A stretch of 64,000 bases of DNA from Verrucomicrobiia bacterium (GCA_036501665.1 DASXZW010000046.1:25683-89682); one strand, 5' to 3'; shown: positions 28,525 through 38,648, numbered from the stretch's first letter. Notes: generated by a model from the sequence alone, not told the origin. Translations and numbers: made by a program.

Positions 28525-30117
28525 TTATGGCGTGGTTCCCTGGGCTTTGATGGAGGAAATGATTTCGATCAAATGGCCCGCCGTCAAGCCATCCGATTCG
28601 GGAATGACATCGCCCGGTTGGAAACTCCTCAAAAGGCGCGAGGCGTTGTTAAAATGCTTTTCCGCCTCTTCATTGTCGCCTCCGGCGCGCGCCAGATTCC
28701 CCATCGCGAAATGAGCCAGCGCCCAGTCGGGACGGAGATAGATCGCCCGCCGAAATGACCGCAGAGATTGGTCGCGATCGCCGGATTCCTGCAAAACAAC
28801 GGCGCGCAGATAGTGCCCCGACGCATCAAGTTTGTCCGCGGCAATCCATTTATCACACCAGGCCAGCGCGCCTGCCAGATCGCCTTGATTGGCCAGCGCG
28901 CGGGCCAATAGGGAAAACACCGGCGGATTGGGCCCTTCGCGGGCAATATCCGAGTTAAGCAGTGTCTCCGCCACCTCGCGATAACGACCTTGCTCGTAAA
29001 GTGATTGGGCTTCCCCAAGCAACGTCGATGGAGCGTCTGTTGATACTGCTGCCTTCGAGCCTGAAGAACTCCACGTCCCCCCAGTTTCTCCCTCTCCTCT
29101 ACCCGTGGAGGAGAGGGACGGGGAGAGGAGGTTCCTCCTCTCTGCTGAAACAATCGCCGCAGTGTCAATATGCCCCCACGTCGATGTCGGAGTCGCTTCG
29201 CCGGTTTCGTTCGCGGCGACAAGTGTCGGCGATTCGCTTTGCAACGGCGGCGATGCTTGAATTTTCGCGTCGCTTTTGTGGTAGAGAATTGCGCCGGGAA
29301 AGTTGGCCGTCGCAAATCGAGAGAACAATGCCTGAGACGTTTCACAGGGGCTGACTGCCAGCCATCCATCATCCACAAGCGCGCTACGCAGGTTTCGCAC
29401 CGCCTTCGCTGCCTGCGCCGGAGTAAAATACATCAGCGCGTTGCGGCAGAATATCACGTCCATCGCGTTGGTGTCATTTGCAGGCGTCGGATAGGATTCT
29501 TCGGCGAGATTCAACTTCGCGAATGTGACGAGTCTCTTTACCTCCGGGAGTATCTTGTATTGGCCGTTGCCCAAGGCTTGAAAGTAACGTTCCTTGAGCC
29601 AGGGTGGCGCTTCCCGAAACGACCATTCCCCATAAACTCCGGCGGCGGCTTTTCGGAGAAACCTCTCGTTGATGTCGGTTGCAAGGATCGTCGCGTTCCA
29701 ATCGCCCAAATCGGGAATAATCTGATGTAACAAAATCGCCAATGAATAAGGCTCTTCACCGGTGCTGCACGCCGCGCTCCACAAGCGCAAGCGCCGTCCG
29801 TTGTTTCGGCGGGCGCGAATCAGCTCAGGCAGCGCCGACTCAGCCAAAGCGTCTAATGTTTTTTTCTCCCGAAAAAAATAAGTTTCTCCCACCGTCAAAT
29901 GGTTCGCCAGGGCTTCGAGGCGCTTCGCTGTCAGAGGTTCCGTCAAGAGGGAGTCCAGACAAGCGGCGGAGTTGGCAAAACCGAGTTCCTTCGCTATTCC
30001 GTTCAGTCCGCGCCGCAAATCGCCCCAGCGCTCCGGCGGAAAACTCAATCCCATCCTCTCCGCGATAAATTCACTCAGACGCGACATCAAGATGTCAGGC
30101 GTCTTGTTATCTCCCAT
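28525..30117 (-). CDS. cheR: CheR-type protein-glutamate O-methyltransferase with C-terminal TPR repeats
   Basis: CheR N-domain and SAM fold (YFFREKKTL..RLWSAACSTGEEPYSLAILL..IFCRNALMYF), low-complexity linker, TPR-like C-terminus (YEQGRYREVAE.., GDLAGALAWCDKWIAAD.., AHFAMGNLARAGGDNEEAEKHF). ATG 30117 overlaps the upstream cheW by 11 nt. Confidence 0.85.
   Translation of the reverse strand: MGDNKTPDILMSRLSEFIAERMGLSFPPERWGDLRRGLNGIAKELGFANSAACLDSLLTEPLTAKRLEALANHLTVGETYFFREKKTLDALAESALPELIRARRNNGRRLRLWSAACSTGEEPYSLAILLHQIIPDLGDWNATILATDINERFLRKAAAGVYGEWSFREAPPWLKERYFQALGNGQYKILPEVKRLVTFAKLNLAEESYPTPANDTNAMDVIFCRNALMYFTPAQAAKAVRNLRSALVDDGWLAVSPCETSQALFSRFATANFPGAILYHKSDAKIQASPPLQSESPTLVAANETGEATPTSTWGHIDTAAIVSAERRNLLSPSLSSTGRGEGETGGTWSSSGSKAAVSTDAPSTLLGEAQSLYEQGRYREVAETLLNSDIAREGPNPPVFSLLARALANQGDLAGALAWCDKWIAADKLDASGHYLRAVVLQESGDRDQSLRSFRRAIYLRPDWALAHFAMGNLARAGGDNEEAEKHFNNASRLLRSFQPGDVIPESDGLTAGHLIEIISSIKAQGTTP
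29087..29142. repeat. GA/CT-rich double-hairpin repeat, copy inside the cheR coding sequence
   Basis: CCTCTCCTC-tacccgtg-GAGGAGAGG then GAGAGGAGG-ttc-CTCCTCTC. The 25-mer GGAGGAGAGGGACGGGGAGAGGAGG (29107-29131) matches 40336-40360 at 24/25. Confidence 0.75.
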
Positions 30118-30592
30118 GCGCCGCCTCCTTCTCCATCGCGTCACCCAGGGCCGCCTCCTCATCCGCTGAGAGAAACTTTTCCAAATCGTAAATCAGGACC
30201 AGACCGTCATCGAACTTGATCACTCCTTTTAATTGGTCCACGCCAGGCACAATCCCGTCCGGGTCAGTGATATCGGCGGCTGCGCTTTCGATTACACCTT
30301 CAGGCTCGTCAATCACAAGGACCACCTCACGCCGCTCCGTTCGCGCAATCAGGAAATGATCATCCGGTGTGATTTCTTTATTCGGCTGGCCGACTCTTGC
30401 GCGAACATTCAACACAGGCAGGATGCGGCCCTCCACATTGATGACACCCATCACGATGGCGGGCGACCTGGGCAAAGGTATCACCTCCACGGCCCGCACG
30501 ATGCGCTCCACGGCAGCCAGCATCAACGCATACCGCTGGTCTCCCAAGCGGAAAACGACCATCTGGTTCTTCAGTTCGCTCACAATAGTCAA
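30107..30592 (-). CDS. cheW: CheW-like coupling protein (second copy)
   Basis: 161 aa. MVVFRLGDQRYALML..MGVINVEGRILPVLNVRARV..LVLIYDLEKFL. TTG 30592 or ATG 30562 start. Confidence 0.85.
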   Translation of the reverse strand: MTIVSELKNQMVVFRLGDQRYALMLAAVERIVRAVEVIPLPRSPAIVMGVINVEGRILPVLNVRARVGQPNKEITPDDHFLIARTERREVVLVIDEPEGVIESAAADITDPDGIVPGVDQLKGVIKFDDGLVLIYDLEKFLSADEEAALGDAMEKEAAHGR

Positions 30593-30786
30593 TTGGCCCT
30601 ATCCCATTCAGACGGCAAAAGGTGCTGACGCAAACAGGCATGACATCGACCTGCGCCGCCGCATGACCCGCACGGAACCGCGTGCCGCATCAGGCGCTTC
30701 GTCTTCACTTCTGTGGCACAAGACTATGTTTGGCCGATTTGTAAATACCTTGCAAGCAGTATCTTGTTACTTTACAGCGTCTGCTT

Positions 30787-30818
30787 TAAGTGACATTTCG
30801 GCAGACTATAAGTGACAT
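30787..30818. promoter_or_regulatory. direct repeat TAAGTGACAT x2 (22-nt register) in the divergent che / transglutaminase-like promoter region
   Basis: Identical 10-mers at 30787-30796 and 30809-30818, each followed within 12 nt by ATTTCG. Candidate regulator binding site. Confidence 0.3.
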
Positions 30819-30977
30819 CCTGATATTTCGTACCCGCCTCCTTAACGCACATCTGCGCGAAATAATTTTTCCCATCGACGCGAATTAAGTGGCGAGACAA
30901 CCGTATGAGTGTATTGTCTCGATGATGCTAAAACTTGGTGACGGCCCGTTGCCGGTTTTGAAACATCAGATCATCCG

Positions 30978-31877
30978 TTGAATTTCACGCCCTTTTCTTT
31001 GACGGTGCGCGTTGGCTGTAGTCTGGCCTACGACGTAACGGCGCCGACCCCTGTTTTATTGGTCCTTAAACCGCGTCACGAAGGCCGAAATTTTGTCCTG
31101 CGCGAGTCTCTCTCTTTTGGAATCGGCCTCCCGTCGTACGAATTTCAAGACTCTCACGGCAACAATACTTATCGCTCCATGTTTATGCCGGGGCGAAACG
31201 AAATCCGCCACGACGCGCTGGTCACAATCCCCGGGTTGCCGGACAGCCGGGAAGTGTTCGGATCAATTTTGCCGGTCGGCCAGCTTCCATGCGAAGTGTT
31301 GCGATACACTTTGCCCAGCCGCTATTGCGATTCGGACAAGTTGCTCAACTTCGCCTGGAACCAATTTGGGCAGATCGATCATGGGTTGCCTCGCGTGCAA
31401 GCCATTTGTGATTGGGTCCACAACAACATCGAATACCGCTTCGGTTCGGGGCGGTCGGACATTTCCGCGTCGGAAGTGATTGAACGCCGATATGGCGTCT
31501 GCCGTGACTTTGCACATGCGGCGATCGCGCTTTGCCGCGCCTTCAATCTGCCTGCCCGATACGTAACAGGACATCTCCCGGACATCGGCTATGTCGATCC
31601 TGGAACACCGATGGATTTTCATGCTTATTGTGAAATATACCTTGGCCGCGACTGGCTGACTTTCGACCCTCGATACAACGTCCCGCGAATAGGGCGAGTC
31701 AAGGTGGCCCACGGTTCGGATGCCGTGGATGGCGCGTTTGCGACAATCTATGGCGCGGCGACTTTGGCTCACTTTGAAGTTTGGGCCTATCAAGTGAACC
31801 CGCAAAAGGTTTCGGTGGGCGATCCAATTGATTTGACGAAGCGCCTTGATGGAACCTTGGAGGTACGTGCTGGGTAG
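30978..31877 (+). CDS. transglutaminase-like cysteine protease superfamily protein
   Basis: Bact_transglu_N-like N-terminus. Core YGVCRDFAHAAIALCRAFNLPARYVTGHL..DFHAYCEIYLGRDWLTFDP carries the Cys-His-Asp triad context. TTG start. Confidence 0.85.
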   Translation: MNFTPFSLTVRVGCSLAYDVTAPTPVLLVLKPRHEGRNFVLRESLSFGIGLPSYEFQDSHGNNTYRSMFMPGRNEIRHDALVTIPGLPDSREVFGSILPVGQLPCEVLRYTLPSRYCDSDKLLNFAWNQFGQIDHGLPRVQAICDWVHNNIEYRFGSGRSDISASEVIERRYGVCRDFAHAAIALCRAFNLPARYVTGHLPDIGYVDPGTPMDFHAYCEIYLGRDWLTFDPRYNVPRIGRVKVAHGSDAVDGAFATIYGAATLAHFEVWAYQVNPQKVSVGDPIDLTKRLDGTLEVRAG

Positions 31878-32009
31878 CCCTCCATGTATGTTTCGCGCGT
31901 CGGGCCTGCACTTACCAAAAACGCAGCCGAAAAATTCCATGCATCCAATTGTTCACGGCGAGCGTTATACCGTATTGGGATGATCGACTTGCGTTTGAAA
32001 ATCCCTGCA

Positions 32010-32450
32010 ATGTCCGACCAAATAACTATTGGCGATATGCCACAGATCAAAACCGCTAGTGCGGGCCACAGCGGGCGGATTGGCCTGCGGTGGGCCGCGG
32101 CTGGCTTCTTTTTGCTCGCAGGATTGAACCATTTCCTGATCCCTGGATTTTATCAGCAAATCGTCCCGCCGGGATTTCCTTCACCAAAAATGCTCGTTAT
32201 TATCAGCGGTCTGGCAGAAATGGCAGGCGGACTTGGCTTGCTGATTCGTCCGGTGCGTCGGCTGGCTGGTTGGGGGTTGATTCTGTTGCTCATCGCGATG
32301 TTTCCGGCCAATATTTATATGGCAGTCTATCCGGAAGGCTTTGGAATTTTGCCCTGGTTTTTGTGGCTGCGGCTTCCGGCTCAAGGTCTTTTTGCCGCAT
32401 GGGTATGGATTGTGGCAATCTCGGATGAAAGCGGGCGAGAGGGCCGATGA
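32010..32450 (+). CDS. DoxX-like integral membrane protein
   Basis: 4 predicted TM (LRWAAAGFFLLAGLNHFL, MLVIISGLAEMAGGLGLL, GWGLILLLIAMFPANIYM, LFAAWVWIVAI). Start chosen at ATG 32010; alternatives at 31884 and 32037. Confidence 0.6.
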   Translation: MSDQITIGDMPQIKTASAGHSGRIGLRWAAAGFFLLAGLNHFLIPGFYQQIVPPGFPSPKMLVIISGLAEMAGGLGLLIRPVRRLAGWGLILLLIAMFPANIYMAVYPEGFGILPWFLWLRLPAQGLFAAWVWIVAISDESGREGR

Positions 32451-32521
32451 AGATTCAGTTTAGCGTTAAATCCACCATTTTCCCCGTCAAGCTTCAGCAG
32501 AAGCAACCGCTTCCTGCCGCG

Positions 32522-34072
32522 TCAACTCACGCGAATCGAAGCGCGTTGTTCGGTTGTAGGAAATGGTATGCAGACAGGTTGCGCTTCCGCGTTGACGACG
32601 GCGATCTTCGGTATTTCGCCTTTCGCGCATTTGGGAAGCCGCAGCGAAAAGGTTGCTCCCGCGCCCAGCACACTGTGGCATTGCACCGTCCCTGACATCA
32701 CCTCGGCCAGCCGTTTGACGATGGATAATCCGAGTCCCGTCGAACCTTCGCCACCAGTTGGACGCGCCGTCAATCGCGTGAATTTTCCGAACAGCTTTTT
32801 CTGATCGTCCTCGCTCAAGCCCGGTCCTTGGTCGCGAACGGCGACCACCATATTTTCCGCTTCCGGCATCGTATGAACATGGACGGTGGTCATCGGAGGC
32901 GAAAATTTGAGCGCGTTGGAAATAAGATTGTCCAGGATTTGCAACGTCGCCGCCTGATCGGCCTTTGCCCAGAGTCCCGGCGTCGCGCCAAGGAGAAGGG
33001 TGATGTTCTTTCGCGCGGCAGCCGGTTGATTGTTGTCCACGCTTTGTTTGACCAACGAAGAAAGGTCGCAAGGCTCCAGTTTCGACGCGTATTTTCCCTG
33101 CTCAATGGCATTGGCGTCCAACAGATCGTTGATCAGGTTTTTCATCCGGGTCGAAGCGGCCACAATGGAGTCGGACATTTTATGGACTTGCTTGGGGTCC
33201 TTGGAAAAATTGATCATTTCCGCGCAGCCGAGGATGACCGTCAGCGGGCTTTTTAAATCATGCGCCGCGATTCCCAGGAACTCGTTTTTCTCAAGGTTCA
33301 ACTGGACCAAATGCTCGTTGGTCGTCGCCAATTCACGCAGCGCATCCTGCATTCGGCCAAAAGCGCGGGCACGGCTTGTTTCAAAAATCAATCCAAGCGC
33401 GTACATGAAGACGATCAATCCAAGATAGCCCGCCGACGAAACCACAGGATTCCATTTAAGATCAAAAGTTACTGGCATTTTTCTGCCTGAAAGATCGACG
33501 CTCGCGATCAAGGCGGCTGCGCCAAAAATGATAATGGCCCATGACCGGGCGGCCTTGGTCCCGACGAGCAGCAACGCGCAGAGCGGAATAGTGACCAGCC
33601 AGGCAATTGCGTGACCCGACAATCCACCTTCCACACAGCACAATGCGAAAAAGCCCAGGGCCATTGTCATCACCAGCAAATTGCCCGCGACCTCGACCTT
33701 GCGGACTCGCTTCATGACGTGCGGAGTCGCCGCGAATGAGGTGCTGCACAAAAGGACAATGTCAGCGCCCCACTTGTGGCCAATCACCAGGTAAAACACG
33801 ACAAAGACCATTCCAAAAATTGACCCGAGGAGGCCGAATCGTGCCGTCAAATGCGCAAGGCGGGTTGCTTCTGTGTTCTGGCGCAGGTGTTCAGGAATCA
33901 CCGGGTCCATCGAGCGCAGACGCGCCAAAATCCATTCCGCCAACCTGTCGAGAAAACTGCGGTTTACTTCGTTTGGTGCAATTGGAGTCGGTGTTGAGAT
34001 ATCAGGATTTTTTGGATGGCACTCAAACACAGTTGGGAGGCAGCACAAATCACGCCAAATACACAAATGCAA
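32522..34072 (-). CDS. membrane sensor histidine kinase (multi-TM N-terminal domain + HisKA + HATPase_c)
   Basis: About 6 hydrophobic helices, then H-box AAHDLKSPLTVI, N-box ISNALKF, G-boxes DQGPGL / GSTGLGLSIV. ORF start is TTG 34072; the first ATG is at 33910. Confidence 0.85.
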   Translation of the reverse strand: MHLCIWRDLCCLPTVFECHPKNPDISTPTPIAPNEVNRSFLDRLAEWILARLRSMDPVIPEHLRQNTEATRLAHLTARFGLLGSIFGMVFVVFYLVIGHKWGADIVLLCSTSFAATPHVMKRVRKVEVAGNLLVMTMALGFFALCCVEGGLSGHAIAWLVTIPLCALLLVGTKAARSWAIIIFGAAALIASVDLSGRKMPVTFDLKWNPVVSSAGYLGLIVFMYALGLIFETSRARAFGRMQDALRELATTNEHLVQLNLEKNEFLGIAAHDLKSPLTVILGCAEMINFSKDPKQVHKMSDSIVAASTRMKNLINDLLDANAIEQGKYASKLEPCDLSSLVKQSVDNNQPAAARKNITLLLGATPGLWAKADQAATLQILDNLISNALKFSPPMTTVHVHTMPEAENMVVAVRDQGPGLSEDDQKKLFGKFTRLTARPTGGEGSTGLGLSIVKRLAEVMSGTVQCHSVLGAGATFSLRLPKCAKGEIPKIAVVNAEAQPVCIPFPTTEQRASIRVS

Positions 34073-34151
34073 GGTGTTGAATGGCAGAATCTTGAATCTT
34101 TGGGCTTAATACTTTCTTTCAATGGGCCGATTAATTCTTTATATAAAAAAA

Positions 34152-35480
34152 ATGCGCAAAAAATGGACGTTTCTGCACTGTGTACTGACTCGCTCTCTAA
34201 TTCTCACCCCTTTGGTATTTGGAAGCCTAAAGGCCTGGGCGGATGGACTTTACCTTAACGGCATTGGCGCGCGGTCAATGTCGATGGGTGGAGCCGATGT
34301 GGCGTATGCCATCGACCCGCTCGGAGCGATGGGCGCCAATCCCGCGGCGCTTGGATTCCAGACTGCGATTGGGGCGAACCTCGGTTTCGTGGGCGGCGTT
34401 GCGCAGGGGAATTTCATCAAGGCTCCCACTACGGACGGCGACCTCAAAACCAGTTTGGATGCGATCCCGGAAGCGGCCTTCGCTATTCCGGTCGGGAAAG
34501 TAACGCTTGGCTTCTCAGTCGCGCCGAAGTCTGCGCTTGATGCCAATTGGACTTACTTTGACCCCCTCGGCGGCGCGAATGGAAAGACCACTTACGGCAC
34601 TCAAACTGAACATTCGGAAATCTTCGTCTTGCGTTCAGCCGCAGGCATTGGCTGGGCAATAAATTCCCAGCTATCAATCGGCGCGAGTTTCGGGGCGGAC
34701 TACAACCAGAACAAGTTGCAGGCCCCGTACATTTTCCAATCTCAACCCAAACTCAAAGGCGCAAAAACCTTGCTCGATCTGCGAACCGACGGTTTCGGTT
34801 TCGATGGCCAGGCAGGTCTGATCTATCGTCCGCTGACGAATTTGCAATTCGGCGCGGCTTATCAAAGCGAAACACGCATTCACACCCACGGCGATGCCAA
34901 CGGCGATGCGGGGACGCAGTTTGGCGTGGCCAGTGTGCCGTTTCATTACGATGCGGAGGTTCGCAACATTTTTCCCCAAAGCGTCAATCTCGGGAGTTCA
35001 TGGGGTTTTCATCCGCAATGGCGGCTGGCGTTGCAGGTTGATTGGATAAATTGGGGCGGGGCATTCAAGCAATTGCCCGTCAGCCTCAGCGGCGGAAGCA
35101 ACCCGACTGTCAATGGCATTGTGGGTTCAAGTTCGATGCAGGACAATGTGCCGTTGGATTGGCGCGATGAATTTGTTTACCGCGCGGGCCTCGAATACGA
35201 GGTGGTTCAAAATCTTTTCCTTCGTGCCGGTTACTGTTACGGGGCCAGCCCAGTGCCGGACCAAACGCTGACGCCGCTCACAGCCGCGATCATGGAGCAC
35301 ACGATCACGGCGGGAGTTGGCTATCACTGGAATCGCTATCAGGTTGATCTGGCTTATCAATACGACATCCCGGTTACACGCGACGTTGGAACCAGCGCGC
35401 TGCTTTCGGGTGAATATTCAAACAGCTCAGTGAGCGTGGATGTGCATTGGTTCGCGCTCACCCTCGGCGCAACGTTTTAG
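34152..35480 (+). CDS. outer-membrane transport protein, OMPP1/FadL/TodX family
   Basis: Signal peptide MRKKWTFLHCVLTRSLILTPLVFGSLKAWA, N-terminal GLYLNGIGARSMSMGGA hatch motif, beta-barrel periodicity, C-terminal aromatic residue (..LTLGATF). Confidence 0.85.
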   Translation: MRKKWTFLHCVLTRSLILTPLVFGSLKAWADGLYLNGIGARSMSMGGADVAYAIDPLGAMGANPAALGFQTAIGANLGFVGGVAQGNFIKAPTTDGDLKTSLDAIPEAAFAIPVGKVTLGFSVAPKSALDANWTYFDPLGGANGKTTYGTQTEHSEIFVLRSAAGIGWAINSQLSIGASFGADYNQNKLQAPYIFQSQPKLKGAKTLLDLRTDGFGFDGQAGLIYRPLTNLQFGAAYQSETRIHTHGDANGDAGTQFGVASVPFHYDAEVRNIFPQSVNLGSSWGFHPQWRLALQVDWINWGGAFKQLPVSLSGGSNPTVNGIVGSSSMQDNVPLDWRDEFVYRAGLEYEVVQNLFLRAGYCYGASPVPDQTLTPLTAAIMEHTITAGVGYHWNRYQVDLAYQYDIPVTRDVGTSALLSGEYSNSSVSVDVHWFALTLGATF

Positions 35481-35520
35481 AGCATTTAAACTTGGCGTAC
35501 ATTACTACTATTTGACTGTG

Positions 35521-35627
35521 TGAAAGCGGCAGAGGACTGCCGCACTCCAAAACGCTGGCGCGCGTCATGAATCCCTCTCATTGAGCGCGAAGCGTCGTGG
35601 AGTGCGGCAGTCCTCTGCCGCTTTTCA
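35521..35627. repeat. 107-nt imperfect palindrome (arms GCGGCAGAGGACTGCCGCACTCC)
   Basis: 23-nt perfect inverted arms at 35526-35548 and 35599-35621. Each arm is itself a hairpin (GCGGCAG-AGGA-CTGCCGC). The centre is also partly palindromic. Lies between convergent genes. Confidence 0.8.
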
Positions 35628-35643
35628 AGCAACGCGTTCGATT

Positions 35644-35850
35644 TCATGGAAAAGGCGTCGCTTTGCCTGCTCGATAGGCGGACTTTGCTTTTTCAATCAA
35701 TGAGTCCAATTTCCCGGCGCGAGTATCGGCCTGTATTTTCTTATCCCAAAGCGTTTCGCGATATTCCTGCAACCAATCCGCTACAGCATGAACCTCCTTT
35801 GGTTTAAGCCGTGTGATTGCAGACTCTATTTCTTTCACTTTCCTCACCAC
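35644..35850 (-). CDS. small hypothetical protein, antitoxin-like
   Basis: 68 aa. N-terminal helix ..IESAITRLKPKEVHAVADWLQEY.. and C-terminal WDKKIQADTRAGKLDSLIEKAKSAYRAGKATPF resemble a widespread small-protein family often drawn as orphan antitoxins (recollection only). No partner toxin seen. Confidence 0.4.
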   Translation of the reverse strand: MVRKVKEIESAITRLKPKEVHAVADWLQEYRETLWDKKIQADTRAGKLDSLIEKAKSAYRAGKATPFP

Positions 35851-36483
35851 GAAAGCTTGTCAGATACTCCCCCGACTGACAACTCCGTCTGCCCCCCGGG
35901 TAGTGGGCTTCTTAGGAAGTGATAATATCAATTATAATATTATTGGTGCGGAGGAGGCGCGTCGAGAAGTTGTTGATAAACCTCATCAAGGTTCTCCGCG
36001 AGTGCGCGGATTTCGTCGGGATGAAGAAGAATCTCGTGATGTTCGTAGTCGAGAAACTGTCGAACACAGACATAACCGTCCTGTTGGCGTACTATCTGAA
36101 ATCCGAAACTAGGCAATAAAGGGAGCATTGTCGGATTCCTATTCGTTTAAAGGTGATACATTTTGTGGTGCCTTTTCCTCATGCGCCGATTGGACTAATT
36201 GAGACCAATCGTAGCAATCCAAAAATAATAACTAGAAATTGTTCAACCAGCGGCTTAATCGGTTTTTGTGATAAGTTTGAATGACCGCTGATGAGCGTTT
36301 GGCGTCACGACGAACGCCTGCGTAATGGAATCCACCGCGTTAAAATCAGGTATGAGATTACCGCTGTTCCTTGTTAAGCAACCGAAATTCGAGGAATCGA
36401 AAGGAACGTAAGAATGGAATAAGAATTCAATGTTTCCACTACTTGCCTTCGGGCAGAAGGCCATTATCACCAAAATCCTTTTT

Positions 36484-37308
36484 TTATTTTTGGAATTCTG
36501 GGAAGAATGGGTTGTGCTTTTTTTGCTCGCCCACGGTTGTCAGCGGGCCGTGGCCGGGGCAAATGACGGTGTTATCGGGCAGGCTGAAAATTTCCTTGCG
36601 ATTCGTGCGCAACGCGTCTTCGTATGAGACTGCTCCGCCGCCCATTGATGCCGCGAATATTGCGTCGCCTACAATCGCCAAAGGACGCGCAAGGCCAGTC
36701 ACGACATAAGTAATTCCTCCGATCGCATGGCCGCTGGTCTCGCGAGTATTGACCATCAAACCGCCCACTTGAAATGTCGCCCCTGGTGCAAATTGTTGAG
36801 GCCCGTGAAAGCGCTCGTTTTCGCCAATGTGAGCAGGAGCAGAGGTCGCCGCTTGAAGTTTTTGAAGGTCCGCAACGTGGTCGCGGTGGCTGTGCGTGAT
36901 GAAAATGGACTCGATCTTAAGCTGGCGCTCCTGAGCGAACGCCAGCATTCCCGCGACCGTCGCTCCTGTGTCGAAGGCCGCCGCCTTCCGCGTTTTCGGA
37001 TCAAAAACCAAAAACGAATTGACAGTCATGTCCTCGTAAGTGGTGTTGAACGCAGCCAGGCCTTCGACTTCCACCGGCTCCGGAAACCATGCTTTTTTCC
37101 CAAGCTCGATCAATGTTCCGGCTCCAAGATTCAGCGGACCGGCGACTTTGCGGGCTGAATCCAGGTCAAACCCGCCGCCCTTGAAATGCCCAAGCTCCGA
37201 TGTTGTCAGTCCCGCGCGATGCGCGAGTTCCGTGTCGCTGAAACTCAGGCCGCGCTGCGCCTTTCCGACGACATCCGTGTAACTATCTTCGAGCGGTATT
37301 GATTGCAT
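36484..37308 (-). CDS. MBL-fold metallo-hydrolase (glyoxalase II-like)
   Basis: ATG 37308 lies 6 nt after the purA stop. HxHxDH motif (ITHSHRDHVADL), later GHAIGG and GDAIF..PGHGP. The 37560 start overlaps purA and is rejected. Confidence 0.85.
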   Translation of the reverse strand: MQSIPLEDSYTDVVGKAQRGLSFSDTELAHRAGLTTSELGHFKGGGFDLDSARKVAGPLNLGAGTLIELGKKAWFPEPVEVEGLAAFNTTYEDMTVNSFLVFDPKTRKAAAFDTGATVAGMLAFAQERQLKIESIFITHSHRDHVADLQKLQAATSAPAHIGENERFHGPQQFAPGATFQVGGLMVNTRETSGHAIGGITYVVTGLARPLAIVGDAIFAASMGGGAVSYEDALRTNRKEIFSLPDNTVICPGHGPLTTVGEQKKHNPFFPEFQK

Positions 37309-37313
37309 ATTTG

Positions 37314-38612
<1,299 letters not shown>

Positions 38613-38620
38613 TCACCGCA

Positions 38621-38648
38621 ATAAAAATCCCGGAAGGTAAATTCCGGG
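38621..38648 (-). terminator. rho-independent terminator between the sulfatase gene and purA
   Basis: Minus strand: CCCGGAA-tttacc-TTCCGGG followed by ATTTTTATT. Ends about 42 nt upstream of the purA ATG. Confidence 0.55.

Noticed and set aside
18042-30592. Whether the whole chemosensory cluster is part of the tRNA-Thr-associated island
   Set aside because: The cluster has the same high GC as core genes. I could not find a second copy of the tRNA 3' end (attR) by eye. Only the first ~1.6 kb after the tRNA looks foreign.
32447-32695. 82-aa plus-strand ORF after the DoxX-like gene
   Set aside because: It overlaps the 3' end of the convergent histidine kinase gene and translates to low-complexity sequence.
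35940-36473. Two small minus-strand ORFs (62 and 72 aa) in the AT-rich gap
   Set aside because: No recognisable motifs, signal sequences or partners. They are mentioned in a finding but not called as genes.
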